Shown here piece by piece: positions 26,791-48,724 of a DNA stretch of 64,000 nt. Source of the DNA: the human T2T-CHM13v2.0 reference genome, Homo sapiens; NCBI RefSeq assembly GCF_009914755.1, contig NC_060930.1, one strand, 5' to 3'. The notes beneath the pieces were generated by a model. That model was not told the DNA's origin. It was given only the letters and a program-made list of their open reading frames with translations, and searched no databases. Position 1 is the first letter of the stretch, and every line of letters starts with the position of its first letter. The position numbers and the translations under genes were made by a program.

Positions 26791-27472
26791 AAAAATAATT
26801 TAATTAATTTTAAGTACCGGGATACATGCTCAGGATGTGCAGATTTTGTTACATAGGTAAATGTGTGTCATGGTTGTTTGCTGCACCTATCACCCCATCA
26901 CCTTGGTTTTAAGCCCAACATGCATTAGCTATTATCCTGATGCTCTCCCTCCCACTGCCCCTCTCACAGGCCCAGTGTGTGTTGTTCCTCTCCCTGCGTC
27001 CATGTGTTCTCATGGTTCAGCTCCCATGAATAGGTGAGAACATGTGGTGTTTGGTTTTCTATTCCTGTGTTAGTTTGCTGAGGATAATGGCTTCCAGCTC
27101 CATCCATGTCCCTGCAAAGGACATGATCTCATTCCTTTTTATGGCTGCATAGTATTTCATGGTGTGTATGTACAATATTGTCTTTATTCAGTCTATCATT
27201 AATGGGTATTTAGGTTGATTCCATGTCTTTGCTATTGTGAATAGTGCTGCAATGAATATACACCTGCATTTATCTTTATAATAGAATAATTTTTATTCCT
27301 TTGAGTATATACCCAGTAATTGGATTGCTGGGCCAATTGGTTTTTCTGATTTAGGTCTCTGAGAAATCTCCACACTATTTTCCACAATGGTCAAACTAAT
27401 TTATATTCCAATCAACAGTGTAAAAGCATCCCTATTTCTCCACAGCCCTGCCAGCATCTATTGTTTCTTGAC
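26791..27472 (-). mobile_element. Older L1PA (roughly L1PA10-13) 3' UTR and ORF2 end; 3' part of the element continuing at 31599
   Basis: gatacatgctcaggatgtgcag...cataggtaaatgtgtgtcatgg. It breaks at gtttcttgac and resumes with the same motif at 31599. Confidence 0.93.
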
Positions 27473-27483
27473 TTTTTTTTTTT

Positions 27484-29293
27484 AAGCTATCATCTTGACA
27501 GTTGCCCTTTAATTCATTTTTAGGCGTGACCTTGCACAATATGCAAGAAAACAGAACAAAGATGTAAATGGTGGTGTTCCCATGTATAAGATCTCTTTGG
27601 ATACTTGTTTGCCCCTGTAAAGCCGCAGCCCGCAGCTAAAATACGTAAGATTCAGTTAAAGTAGTGTTCTCTTTACTTTCTCTTATTTTATAATTTTTTA
27701 TGACAAAGCACCAAGAATAAAAATTTTGCAGGAAAACACACATTCCTTAAATAGAGAATATTTTTACAGAGTCTGATTTTTCTAGAATATAATTTACAAC
27801 ACTATGGTAAAATTCATTCCGTTCTCTGATATTGAAAAGGATAATTTCAATCAAAACAATTAATGTTCAAGATGACAAATGAAATAGTCTGTCATTCTCC
27901 AGCGCATTTTTTTCCCTACTTATTCCGTTCTTGGGAGACTTAGCATCAATCACTATATGATGATCTTCTCTTCTTGCCATCTGAACATTTTGCAGGAGTC
28001 AAATGCATGTTTTGCAACTTTGGTTTTAGACTTTGGGGTCCAGTTAGCCAGTCTAAATACTGTGTTTTGGTTTTCTGTTATGTTGGAATGCCACAATGGC
28101 CCATTACTTCTGGTATTCACATCTTCGTGTAGTACACTCTTCTTGAATATGAGGTGGGCCTGAAACTTGCTTTAATCGATAGAATGCAGTGGAAACATTG
28201 CTGCCGTATTTCAGACCTAAAACTTAAGAAGCCCTGGCAGCTTCTGCTTTTGCATTCCTGGGAGCCCCAGCTTCTATGTAAGAAGTGTGGCATCTCTGCT
28301 AGAGACACTGTGTGTTAAGGCCACGTGAAGAGAACCTATAGAGAAACAGAAACCCTTAGACTACTGGAAGACAGCCAATGAGCCCGACTAAAAGAGAAAA
28401 TTTAAGTCCCAGACACGTGACCCAAGCTGAGCCATTTTGAGCTACATACATGTCTGAAGCATGTGAGTGAAAAAGCCATTTGGACATTGTAACATCAGCA
28501 TATCACTCCCCTATGACATCATGAGAAATGATGAAGGAGTAGTTCTTTTAAGCCCTTACATTTTAGGGTGATTTGTTACACAGCCACATTTAATCAGAAT
28601 ATTTCTATTCCCTTTACTGTCTTTGCATGTTAAAGAATAATATAGGATTTATTTTTCACAACTAATAATACATGGGGCCCTCTCCAATCCTGATATTCTG
28701 TTTTTCTCTAGCAGTTCTGGCCTCTACTCAGTCTTTCAAATTGAGACTTACTAAAAGACAGGTTAGTATAAATTCCAAGAAAATAACTCTTCCTCTGTTA
28801 GTGGCTTCAAGTCTTTTTTTCTTTAAAGAAGAGTTTTATATGATTATCTGGAAGCATTGGCTATTCTTTCTTGAAGCAAAGATACTTTTTCATATTTCTC
28901 TTATTTTTGACTTCCTGGTGAAGGAGAACAATATACAGATTATAAAAGTTCCTAAGTGAGGCTGAGAGAAAGAGAAAAGAACTTGAACTTGGCAAAACAT
29001 GCCCCAATCAAGAAAACAGAATTTCCTTGGCATCCTTTGATCTTCCTAGGTTTTAGGTAAGGACTCAGATGATACTTCATTTATTCATCTCATTTATTCA
29101 TTCACTGAGGTTTCAACAAACTTGCAGAGAACTCTACGATGTGTCGAAATACTATTTAAATATCTGTTTCTTTTTTTAAAACCTTTTAGTAACTACTTAA
29201 ATATAAAGTAATCAAGTTCAAGAACCATCTATTTCTCCAAGATCCCTTAAAGTGAACTGGATTTCTTTTAATCCATGAAAGTCATGACGTTAC
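27484..29293 (-). other. 1.8-kb 3'-transduced flank carried by the younger L1PA
   Basis: Bounded by a T run (27473-27483) with a minus-strand ATTAAA at 27508-27513, and by the L1's own (TAA)n tail. The whole unit lies inside the TSD gtttcttgacttttt. Confidence 0.88.
28076..28602 (+). mobile_element. MLT1 (G/H-like) LTR inside the transduced segment
   Basis: aagaagccctggcagcttctgctttt...tttaagcccttacattttagggtgatttgttacacagc. Confidence 0.75.
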
Positions 29294-37283
<7,990 letters not shown>

Positions 37284-38254
37284 CAATAAGAAGATTCACT
37301 CTTTTCTTTATAATATTAAGTGGAAAATTGGGAAGATTTTGGAGAAACTTGACTAGCAGAAACTTTGCCAGTAGTCCAGGATCCATTTGTTGAAATAATA
37401 TAAGGTGCATGAGATCTCATTAAGACTTACTTGATAATTATCATTACAAATTTCATTGTTAACTTAATGCTGATGAGGGAGAATAAATAATTAAATTTAC
37501 AATTTAAGATCAGTATTATTGAGGAAAACATAGCTCAATTTCTAGAGTGTTCACATCACTGGTGGGACCATTTCTTTGACCAAATTGGAAGTAAGGGTTT
37601 AGTTTTCTTGGATTCACAACTGTTAATTCGCCAATGGGAATAAAAATTAGAAAGATTAAAAACTATTTTTGTGTTTATGTTAACAATGATAAATTCAGTT
37701 TTGCTACAGCTTTGTTTCCTAGACTTGAGTTTCAGAAATGAACTATATTTTCTTCCTATCTGAGGGGTTTAAGAAATATCCTCCAGTGTAGAGTTTTTTA
37801 TGTTGTCGATGGATTATATTGGATAACTATTGGAGACCAAATTTTTAGAGAGCATTCAGTAAAAACAAAACAGAATAAAATAAATAAACCGCTAAAGGAG
37901 ATTGCATTAGTTCATTGTAACTTTTAAATAAACAGCATGTATTTAAATGTAAAATCTTAAATAAATACTTAAACTAAAATAAAGATTTCCATAAAAATGA
38001 AATTCAGTTTCTGTGTGAGTTACAACGGCTATATCTATTATGTCAGTCTTTTTTTTTTTCATGGAGGACTTTCTATGTGTTAGTCACTTTACCATATGCC
38101 TATATACTGGAAGTAGAATGATGAATATAAATATGGTCAATGTTCTTAAGAAATGCAATCTTATTGGAAGACATAAATAATGCATCAATTAAAATATAGT
38201 GAGTTAAGTTAAAATAGGTTATTAGGGGCTCTGTTTATGAAGAGATAGGGAGAA

Positions 38255-38730
38255 TTCTTTTAGCTGTGGGTTTCACCCCACTTTACAATGTGTTTTGAAC
38301 AAAGCCTGCTGCCTTTCCACACTGGGAGAGCTACAAGTTCGGTGAAACAGAGATGAACACCTTTCATCAGTTTTTCAAGTATCTCCTGATGGGTTAGAAA
38401 AGACCCAGACAATTCTTTGTGAATTAGGTATGCTCTGCTCCCTTTGGGATCAAGGATCATGGTCTCACACTTGGAATGCAGGCTATTGTCTTCAGGAGTC
38501 CCTCACAGTTGAGAGAGTTTGGAGAAAGAGAAAGTTAAGATGTCACAATGCTTTTTTACTATTTTTAAGTTGACTTTTTCTTGGTTCAAATTGTGCTTGG
38601 TTTCTGTAAATCTTTGACTCTTTCCAGAGTTAGGGCAAAGTTGGTTTTGACAGTTCCTGCTTCTTGTTCCATGTTTCTGTGGACTTATGGGTGATTGGAG
38701 CTACCTGTTCCACTCCTTTGCTGATGTTTC
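38255..38730 (-). mobile_element. Ancient L1MC/MD-type 5' end
   Basis: ttccagagttagggcaaagttggttttgacagtt...gagctacctgttccactcctttgctgatgt resembles recalled L1MCa/L1MDa 5' termini. Confidence 0.5.
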
Positions 38731-40419
38731 TGTCTCCAAATCTTTTCATTTACACTCTTGCTACTTGTATATGTGCATGTTTGTGTAGGGGTGTATGTGT
38801 AAACACACACATATACAAATATATATGCAAGTATACACACAGATATACATTTACATTTACTACCATCAGTTCATATTTAATTTTAGTAAAAATTTAATTT
38901 TTCTACTTTGTTAAATGTACTTACCAATATAACTTCTAACTTTGTTTTCTGCATCATAGCATATCACCTTGCTAAGCTAAATTGCAGACACACTATTTTA
39001 GAAATTAATAATGAAAAATATTGATAACTACTTTGTTCAAGAAATAACTGCCGTGGAATTTGCTCCTTTTATTTTGTGACACTTCAGTTATGAAGATCTC
39101 GAGATATCTAAAATATTTCAATTAAAATGAATAAGAAAATTTATTTTACCAATAAACTGTGGTATGATGCCAGATTATGCTTATAACTATATTTATTTTA
39201 AGAAACTTCTTTAGATTGTGCTAGAATGTGTGGAAAAGGAGTAACAGGATTATTATGAGCCATTACCTGAAGGTTCAGAAATACAAAAACTCAACCCATT
39301 TGTAGGTTTAAATTTCTGGGAGGAAAATTTTGGATCTGAAATATATTGAGAGAGTTTCATAATTATGCCGATGGGAAGTGTGAATATGTAAGAATTCTCA
39401 TAAAAGGAAGAAAGAACTAAAAAGCATGAGTCCATTTCATGTGTAGATAGTGAACTTTAACACCCAAGTGTATCCTAATATGAGATAATAAAATTAATCT
39501 AATTTTTACTGCATATTTATTTTCATGAAACGTTCATAACACGTGGAATTAAAAATTCTCAAATAAAATGCTAACTTTTATTTAAGATTCTTTATATTTT
39601 TCTGTCATCAATAGCAATGTTCATTGCCAGTTGTGGGCTTTTTAGTGTGATACACAATGCCATTGTGCAAAGAAGAAATTCATTTTATGACTTTTTAAAG
39701 AATTGATGATTTAAAATGCAATACATTACAGTTAAGAATTCCAAAGTGTAGTTCTTTTTAAAGATTCCCTTTTTAGTTTACAAGTCTGATTTTGCTCTGT
39801 AAAAATATATAGAAAATTTAATAGTCAGCTTTCTGTGGCCTTTATAATTTAACAAAATTTATTCAATAATTGATTTATGCTTATAAATATATTTGACCTC
39901 CTTTTCTTAAGAACTCAGATATTTACCTAACAATATCTTAAGTTCTCCTCCATATTCCAGTAATGCATGTGATCATACACAAGTTAAAATTTTGAATCAA
40001 TTACTCAATAATGTATTTTTAATTTGATTATAAGGTAATTACTCTAATATGCCAACATTTTTAAATTTTAGTATAAACTAAACATGCACAGATTATTTTT
40101 ATCTCAAAATATAAAAATTTTGGTTTGATTTACTTTAATGTTTGTACAATTAATTCAAAATATTTCTAACTTAAAAAATACCTGCCAGTAAAGCAGTTAC
40201 CTTCTCATTGAGGGAGTATATGTTGTGTCAGGTGATAAAGAGTTGTAGATATCTAAATTTTTTAAGGTTTCAACAGTCAGAGACAGCCCACTTTTAGGAC
40301 CACTTTGTCATAGACTAACAAACATAAAACTAACCATGTTTGTCTTTTTTTTTCTTTGTAAATTTTTATTACTAGTGGCAACGCTGTTGGGTCAGCTATG
40401 ACTTTCATGGTCGGTTTTT

Positions 40420-40665
40420 CTTTACTAAATAAATGTTATCATGTATAGCTAAGGTGCACAACACACTGTCATGGAATACAGATAGTAAAAAGGTTGTAAT
40501 AACAAAACAGATCAGCATATTCATCATCTCACATAGTTACCCATTTTTGTTTTTGTGGCAAGAGCAGCTAAAATCTACTCATTTAACATGAATTTCATAT
40601 AGAGTACAATTTTATTGCCTATAGTCCTCGTATTACACATTAGGTTTCTGTACTCGTTCGTCCTT
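40420..40665 (-). mobile_element. L1MA 3' end fragment
   Basis: catattcatcatctcacatagttaccc...gtggcaagagcagctaaaatctactc. Confidence 0.8.
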
Positions 40666-41571
40666 CAGAGATGTTGATCTTTATTTTAAAAATGTATTTT
40701 ACACTTATCTAATAAAGTATCTAACTTGCTATTAGATTTTGTTTTGGTGTGTGAAGATGTTTTAAGGTTTCCAATGTATATTTAATAATATGATAAGGCC
40801 ATTCCATGTAATCCTTTACAGACTTATGTATATTTTGTAACCTCTTCTAATTTGAACTTATTTGGCATTTTCTTATTATCTGTTAGACTACAACATTTTA
40901 TCCAGATAACATTTGACTGAATTCAGCAAATCACATGGCTATATATAAATTTGCAGTCACAGCTTCCCAAGTCACCCAGTAATATCTATCTATGGTTAAT
41001 ACAATGAGTTTATAGAAAGCCCTCTGTTTCTGAAACATTAGCCTGAGTGTTTAGTACAATATCTGGCTTAGGACCAATCACACCTGTCAAAACTCTGCAG
41101 TTGAAGTAACTAAAATATTTTATTACCAAGTCTTTTTTGAATTGTTATATTGTTTCTTTTATACTTTTATTTTTGCTTTTTCTTGGAAGAATATTCCATA
41201 CTATTTTTAAAGACATAATTCCCTACAAAGATGAAATCATAATTCTCATACAAATATAAAATGAACAAATGCCAAAAATTTTATTTAACTAATAACATTG
41301 CCAAAATTAATTATAGGAGAACTTCACAGATCAGACACTTACAGTTTAGGAATATTAAAGTGAACTTGCAATTGGACACAAATCGGACTTTTCCATGGTT
41401 GTGCTGTTCTTTCACTAGACAGAACCATTTACATGTCCATATGCAATAATTATTCTCCATTTTGCATTCTTGTGAACAATGAATTGTTCTACCAATTTAC
41501 AGAGCTTTGAAACAATTTAAAGACAATTAAAGGCAAGAATCAACTAACCAAAAAGGGTTTTCCTGGACATT

Positions 41572-41608
41572 TAGATAGATAGATAGATGGTAGATAGATA
41601 CATAGATA
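41572..41608. repeat. (GATA)n microsatellite, imperfect
   Basis: Seen directly. Confidence 0.85.
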
Positions 41609-41879
41609 ATAAATGGTTATTTAAAAAGTAAAAAATTATTAATAGTTTATGTACATTTTATAATATTAAAGTAAAAAGAATTTTTAAAATAAGACCAACA
41701 AAGGACTTTTATTGCCAGAGATGTTATATTACTACTAGGCAGCAGTAGCTAAAGCAGTGTAGTAGTGCCACCAAAAACAACAAAAAATCAATGAAACCAA
41801 ATAGAAGGCCTAGAAACAGAACTGAGCATTAAGTGTATATTCAGCATATAAAATAGGTAGCATTCCTCATTTTTTAAAA

Positions 41880-42415
41880 CAAGATACACAAATGTCCAAA
41901 AAGCATTAAAAAAATGCTGAACATCACTAATCATAAGAGAAATGTAAATTAAAAGCACAATGAGATATCATCTTACACTAGTTAGAATGACTATGAAGAG
42001 GAAAAAAAAATAAAACAGGTATTGGTGAAAATGTAGAGAAAGGGGAATGCTGCTATACTGTTGTTGAGAATATAAACTAGTACAACCTTTATGGAAAACA
42101 GTGTGGAAAGTTTTCACATAGCTAAACGTAGGGCTACCATTTGATCCAGCAATCGCATTATTGGTATCTGCCCAAAGGAAAATAAATCATTTTACTAAAA
42201 AGATACTTGCACTTGTATGTTTATCACAGCCCTATTCACAGTAACAAAGTCATGGAATCAACGTCTCATGTAACCAATAAATATATATACACCTACTATG
42301 TACCCACAGACATTAACAACTTTTAAATAAATAAATAAGATACCTTAAAAGACAAAAAAAAATCACCAGATCAACCTAAGTATCTACCAATGGATCAATG
42401 GATGATTGGATAAAG

Positions 42416-42451
<36 letters not shown>

Positions 42452-42810
42452 TTATATGTGCTGTGGAATGCTACTCACCCTAAAAAAAAGAAAATAAATC
42501 GTGTGTTTTGCAGCAATAAGGATGGACAAGACTCTATAATCGTAAGTGAAATGAATCAGATGTGGGAGCTAATTAAGCATACACTTGGACAAAGAGTGGA
42601 GTAATAGACATTGGCGACTCGGTAGGGTGAGAGAATGGGAAGGGTGCGTGTGTTGAGAAATTACTTAAAGGGTACAATGAATACTATTCTGCTGATGGCT
42701 ATACTAAAAGCTCAGCCACCACCCCTATGCAATATATCCATGTAACAAAACTGCACTCGTACCCTCTAAATCTATAATAAAACATAAGTAAATTAAAATT
42801 AAAAAAATAA
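41880..42810 (+). mobile_element. L1PB 3' end, containing a (CA)n tract and a nested short L1 insertion
   Basis: gtggagtaatagacattggcgactc...gaaattacttaaagggtacaatg...atactaaaagc...catgtaacaaaactgcactcgtaccc. Confidence 0.88.
42263..42360 (+). mobile_element. ~100-bp L1MA1-3-like 3' terminus inserted in the L1PB
   Basis: tctcatgtaaccaataaatatatatacacctactatgtacccac plus A-tail; degenerate TSD ending atcaac on both sides. Confidence 0.75.
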
Positions 42811-43025
42811 GTGTCATTTCATGTCAGTAGCAGTAGAATAAATTGGTAGATGATAGTAAAATAATTTATTACCTATCTGAAAAACATTATAGTCATATCT
42901 CACAACAATATTAAAATGAAATCCAGAATAAATTCTTATAAATAAGCTAAAGCTAAAATATAGAGTACTATTGATATCATGTGAGATGTGGCAATTCTTT
43001 TAAGCCTAAAAAAGTGGCAAAATGC

Positions 43026-43285
43026 CTTTGGGAGGCCAAAGTGGGCGGATCATGAGGTCAGAAGATTGAGACCATCCTGGCTAACATGGTGAAACCCCAT
43101 CTCTACTACAAATACGAAAAAATTTAGCCAGGCGTGGTGGCAGGTGCCTGTAGTCCCAGCTACTCGTGAGGCTGAGGCAGGAGAATGGCATAACCCTGGA
43201 GGCACAGCTTGCAGTGAGCCGAGATTGTGCCACTGCACTCCAGCCTGAGCGACAGAGCAAGGCTTTGTCTAAAATAAAAAAAAAA
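43026..43285 (+). mobile_element. 5'-truncated AluY-like element
   Basis: Y-type features (accatcctggctaac, agaatggc, gcttgcagtgagccgag); TSD aaaagtgg(c/a)aaaatgc. Confidence 0.92.
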
Positions 43286-44004
43286 GTGGAAAAATGCATG
43301 TAATTGCCTTAAATATCTAGCTACCTTTTGCCTAAATAATATATACATGTTAAAAACAAATTTCATTTGAATTGCATTCCAAATATCCCTCTCAAGTAAA
43401 TGATGCACATCTTTTAATAAAATTAACAACAAAACATATTATTTAATGTTAAAAGTAGACATTGCTGGGTATAAGAAAGTTTAAGAAGATACAGAAAAAC
43501 AATACAAATTAAAGTAAAAATAATTTGCAAACATGAAAAAGAGATACATAATGTTGTAAATGATCTATAATTCTTCCTTTTGTAAACTTGGAAACATAAG
43601 GAAGAGAGTGCTAGACAAAGCCTCAGTTTGGAGAATTTCTCAGATAATATACTTATCTAGTTATTTCTTATGGAAAAGGTAAAATATGAGTAATATGGAA
43701 TATATTTAAGATTACATATTGAGTATTGTAAGATATAGTGAATAAGAAATAAAACTGTGTAGAAACCATGGAAACTTGGCCATACAAATATATCTTTAAA
43801 AAAATATTTCTGCCATTTCTAAACTTTGTCTCTCTTAACAAGATAAATCAGTTAAACCCATAATCTTTGAAGTGCTACTTAAAGGGTGTTTTCAAAGCAA
43901 ATAAGCCAATTAGATGTAAATCCCCACTAACTAGTACAAAACTTTGAGGAAGATGATGTGAAGATTTTTAAATTACCTTGGGATAGAGAAATAAATATTT
44001 TCAT

Positions 44005-44170
44005 CTTTTTATGATATAATTGACAAAAAAGTATATATTTAATATATAAAATGTGATGCTTTCATGTACATATACATTATGAAATGACTGTACCAAACTA
44101 ATTAATATATGTATTTACAATACCCCACATAGTTACCTTTTTGTGATGAGAATGCCAAAGATTTCCTTTA
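44005..44170 (-). mobile_element. L1MA 3' end fragment
   Basis: taattgacaaaaaagtatatattt...ccacatagttacctttttgtgatgagaa. Confidence 0.7.
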
Positions 44171-46214
44171 TGTTACTAGGCACTGGTTTTATTACGGTTT
44201 TTAAAAATTATTTAATAAACATTAAAAGAAATCTAAACTAAATAGAAAACTTTGAGGAGATAGATAGACTTGTGGAGAGTTGCATCCTGTTCTGGCAGTG
44301 GATGAGAACATGATATTATATCTTAGCTTTATTCAGTGGGGAGATCTGTGGGACACACACCTTACTCGGTAAGATGAGGTTTTGTGAAAAATTAAATCCT
44401 TTGTACCAATAAGAAATGAACCAAAAATGCCACTGAATGGTGAATCAACAGCAGATAATGTCTGAACCAAGAAAGAAGATTCAACAATAATAGTTATAAA
44501 CAATTATGGTCCAAATATCTCATCAAAATATATGATATGTCATAGATTAAGTAGGAGAAAACAAAGCTTTGTGTCTCCAAGGTAATGATTCTTAATGAAT
44601 TTGATATTAGACTCAAAATAAATTTTAACTAAACTTATCTGAGGTATCAGCTTTTAATTTATCATTTTCCTATTCAATGAGAAATTCTACTGTCATTTAT
44701 TGCTCTAATTATATAATAAAAATGGATAGCTCTCTGATTTCAACCTGCATGTCTTACTGTATGCAAAACATTCAGTTCCTCAGTAGAAGAGAACTCGAGA
44801 TAAAGCAAAGACCTAACCAGCAGGAGCTATACAATTTATTTAGAAAGATAAATTAGAAAGATGCAATAGCACTGCAGAGTACAAATTGTATGTTTCTATG
44901 AAATACATACAAGTGGGATAGAGATTTAAATTTCTAAAAATGTAAAACCTTTGACAAATTTGAATATTTTATCGTGCTAATCTGTCAGTAATGATCACAA
45001 ATTATTGCAACTAACTCTTGGCAAAAATATTACAAGACTTGTTATATTGGCATTTAAAATTTCAGGAGAAGCCTGTATCAATTTACTACAATTATTTTGT
45101 ACTGACAGTTCTAATGGTTAGCAGTTAATCTGAAACTTATGACATATTTGATTAAACTAAAATTGCCTATGAATAGCCATTTCAAATTGTGATAACTCAT
45201 TAAATCCTGTGTCTATGCAGAAAAAGAATATATGTCTAATAGAGGGTATATAATGGATAAAAAGAACTTTCTTTTAAAAGAAGTAAGTGCATTTTAATTA
45301 GAATGAATATAAGTGTAATAGGTCAAATATATTCTATCATTTTTGTTGCATAGAAACTGTTGAGTCCTAAAAAAGGAAGATTCAGTTAATTAAGTAAATT
45401 AAGGCAAAGCCTTAACAGATACAGAAAATGTTAGCAAGGACGAAGAAAAATATAATTGGACTGACCTGTTTTATCAGTAAAATGAGACTTTTGTAATAGA
45501 ATGTCTACAAGTAACCGATACTTTATTTTTTCTAAAGATTCAGCACTCAGATCAAGGGATTAAAAAAATCCCTGTATTTAATTTAATGAAGTGTGCCAGA
45601 GTTACAAGTAATTACTTTTCTTCCCATTATTCTTCATACAATGTAGGGTCTTCTGTCTATTGAAAAATGAGGACAATGTTAAATATAAAACTACAAATTC
45701 CCACTTGGTTTTAAAAATTATGGATAAACGTCATCTAATGTCCATCATTGTGTTCATTAATTTCTCAATAATTCAACAAATTAAAAGTCCAGTTTGATAA
45801 CTATTCAAGTACTATATATCTTTTCTCTTAACCCATGTCCATTTTTAATTTTTTCTTAATTGTGTTTTGTCACAAAACATTAATATACATGTTCATTGTA
45901 AAATATTAACAAATGTAGATTAGTGAAAATAAAAATTGTAGTTTTAACATAAAATAAAGGTGTATAGTTCAAATATCCAAACATAAACACAATCTATATG
46001 TATGTATATATATATATTATGTATTTTGTCTATAATCTTCACTCTAATCTGTGTCTGCATATGACTGTAAATATAAAGTTAAATATGTTTTTAGATAAAA
46101 TATCAATGAGTAGATGCATATTATAAAAATTCCTTCATAAACTATTATGTTTTGTAAAATCATTTAAGGTCCATTTTCATTCAATGATCATTGTCAATGA
46201 GATTTCAGGAATCA

Positions 46215-46390
46215 TCTAGAAATGTGTTCATATCTTGGCTCAACCCCTTATCAGCTCTATTTCATGGGACAAGTCTATTTACTTGTGAAATGGGAATAAA
46301 AATAGTAATTACTCTTAGGGATGTCGTAAGAGTCAAATGAGATAATATATACAAGTATTTAAAACCACATCTATCATGTTCAGTAATATT
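46215..46390 (+). mobile_element. MIR
   Basis: Core gtgaaatgggaataaaaatagta...gtaagagtcaaatgagataatatatac. Confidence 0.7.
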
Positions 46391-46864
46391 TACCTTCCTC
46401 TGCCTCCTTGAACTCCTTTATTTCTTCTTCAAAAAGTGTAAACATTCCCAATTTAATCATAGATCTTTCATCAACTTAATTCTAACTTGATATTAGTTAT
46501 TGCCTATGTGCCGCATATTAAAATATTTGGAAGACTTTTAGTGTAGATTGTGGAAATAAATTAATAGCACAGTAAGCTCTCATTTCTTAAGATTGGGGAA
46601 ATCTAAATTTTCTAGAACATTATTCTAGCCTGATGTTATGTATTCAGGGTATTTTTTTCTCACTTTTATGATTGCTGATATATAGAGACTTTTAGCTTTT
46701 GAATTTAATTTGCTGATTTGTAGTTCATAGAAAACTTTCCATTTCAATGATATTTTCAATAGTTAGCATAGTATTATCATTGTCCTTTCTCATAAATTTA
46801 ATTTTTATATATAAAACAAGAATATTTTTATTAGTCATATTGTTGCTTATTTGTAGAATAACAC

Positions 46865-47278
46865 TGTAATTGGGTCGGACTCCATTTGTTGATGTTTGCC
46901 TGCTCATGGTTTTTAAGCCTTACCTCTAGCCCTTCCTTTACTGACCCAAATCTGAGCAGGTAATAAGAAAGATCTGGTGTTCCTTCCTTTGGTCGCCAGG
47001 GGACTCAAACCATGCCAGGCTCTTCCTGCTCATGAGAACCCTTACTCTGGCCTCACATCATCATCGCCATTAAAATTTCAAGCCATATATCACTTCTTGC
47101 TATTTCTCGAGCCATTATTAGATCATCTTGGGAGCCGTGCAGTGCTTTTCCCAGAATGCCTTATTATGAAAATAATATAACTTTTCAGGCCTCTTGGTGT
47201 GTGCGTTTTCATCAATCTTGATATACAAACCAAATATGAGTGTGTGTGGGTCCACCCTATTTCTTCTGGATGGTTACA
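46865..47278 (+). mobile_element. ERVL-class solo LTR (LTR47-like)
   Basis: TGTAA...TTACA termini; taataagaaagatctggtgttccttcctttgg...tcaaaccatgc resembles recalled LTR47. Confidence 0.7.
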
Positions 47279-47352
47279 ACCAATACTAATAGGATGGTGT
47301 CCTTATGAATGACTTCTTAATTGCTCACAAATATCTTAGAAAAGAACTAATA

Positions 47353-47635
47353 GGCCGGGCGCCGTGACTCCTGCCTATAATCTCAACACTTTGAGAGGCC
47401 GAGGTGGGCAGATCACCAGATGTCAGGTGTTCCAGACCAGCCTAGCCAACATGGTGAAATCCTGTCTCTACTAAAAGTATAAAAATTAGCCGGGCGTGGT
47501 GGCACGCACCTGTAATCTCAGCTACTCAGGAGGCTGAGGCAGGAGAATTGCTTGAAACTGGGAGGTGGAGGTTGCAGTGAGCCAAGATCACACCACTGTA
47601 CTCCAGCCTGGGCGACAAGAACAAGACTTGGTCAA

Positions 47636-47683
<48 letters not shown>
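47353..47683 (+). mobile_element. AluS with (AAT)n tail
   Basis: Complete dimer; about 15 TAA units in the tail. Confidence 0.95.
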
Positions 47684-48377
47684 TTTACTGAAAATTCTAG
47701 TCATTAAGTCCACTTTACAAAATCTAGGCATCAATACTGATTCAACTTGGCATTTTGTGGGTTAAACAGGAGATTCATATATGTGCTATTACACAACTAA
47801 TTCCCTATTACTTTTTTTCTTGTTCTAATTTTTTACTATGGCATCTGCTGAGTCTGCATAATTTTATTTATTATCTTTTTGGGGCACAAAAATTACCGGC
47901 TTTTCATATGTTGATTAATTTACAAAGGTCACTTCTTTCTAGGTCCTCATTTCTAGGTCATATAAAGGCAAAAGAGCACCTGAACAAAAAGATGGGTTAA
48001 CTAAAATTTAAGTCTTTCCATAGATAGGATTGTGTGTCTAAAAGAAACAACATAATTGCATTCTATTTATGCTATTTATGTACATAATATCACTTTCAAG
48101 ACTATTATTTTTCTTTCCTACAGGTGGCCAATAGAAAAAAAATGGACTTTACTTGGGACACCAAACTTTCTTCTCAAATACAGTTGAGTTCTCTCTTAAA
48201 ATACTTCTTCATCATTCAGTCTGAATTTATTTTTACACTGGGAATAAGGAACATATGCTGCACAGGGCACTGTATCTCACCTAACTTTATGGAAAGCTGG
48301 GGTTTGATATGGTATGGCACAAACACAAAAACAGTATTTACAGGGCCTGGGAGAGCAAGTACTGTGAACCTGGATGC

Positions 48378-48566
48378 TGTATTAGTCTATTCTTACATTG
48401 ATATAAAGAAATACCTGAGACTGGGTAATTTACAAAGAAAAGAAGTTTTATTGGCTCACAGTTCCACCAGAAGTATGGCAGCATCAGCTCAGCTTCTGGA
48501 GAGTCCTCAGGAATCCTAGTTATGGCGGAAAGTGAATGGGAAGCCAGAACCTCACATGGCCGGAGC
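48378..48566 (-). mobile_element. MSTA/B MaLR LTR, 3' half only
   Basis: tgtattagtctattcttacattgatataaagaaatacctgagactgggtaattta. Confidence 0.88.
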
Positions 48567-48724
48567 ACCTGCCATGATGACCGGCTAATTTTTGTGGTTT
48601 TTTTAGTAGAGATGGATTTTTGCCATGTTGGCCAAACTGGTCTCAAACTCCTGACCTCAGGTGATTTGCCTGCACTGGCCTCCCAAAGTACTGGGATTAT
48701 AGGGGTGAGCCACTGTGCCCGGCC
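48567..48724 (-). mobile_element. AluS left monomer plus linker (3' part lost)
   Basis: ggctaatttttg...tagtagagatgg...ctcctgacctcaggtgat...gtgagccactgtgcccggcc. Confidence 0.92.

Noticed and set aside
48100-48519. Strong-looking splice acceptor (ttttctttcctacag, ending 48123) followed by a 131-codon open frame
   Set aside because: There is no recognisable protein similarity, the 3' third is MST LTR, and no partner exons are evident. It cannot be supported without RNA data.
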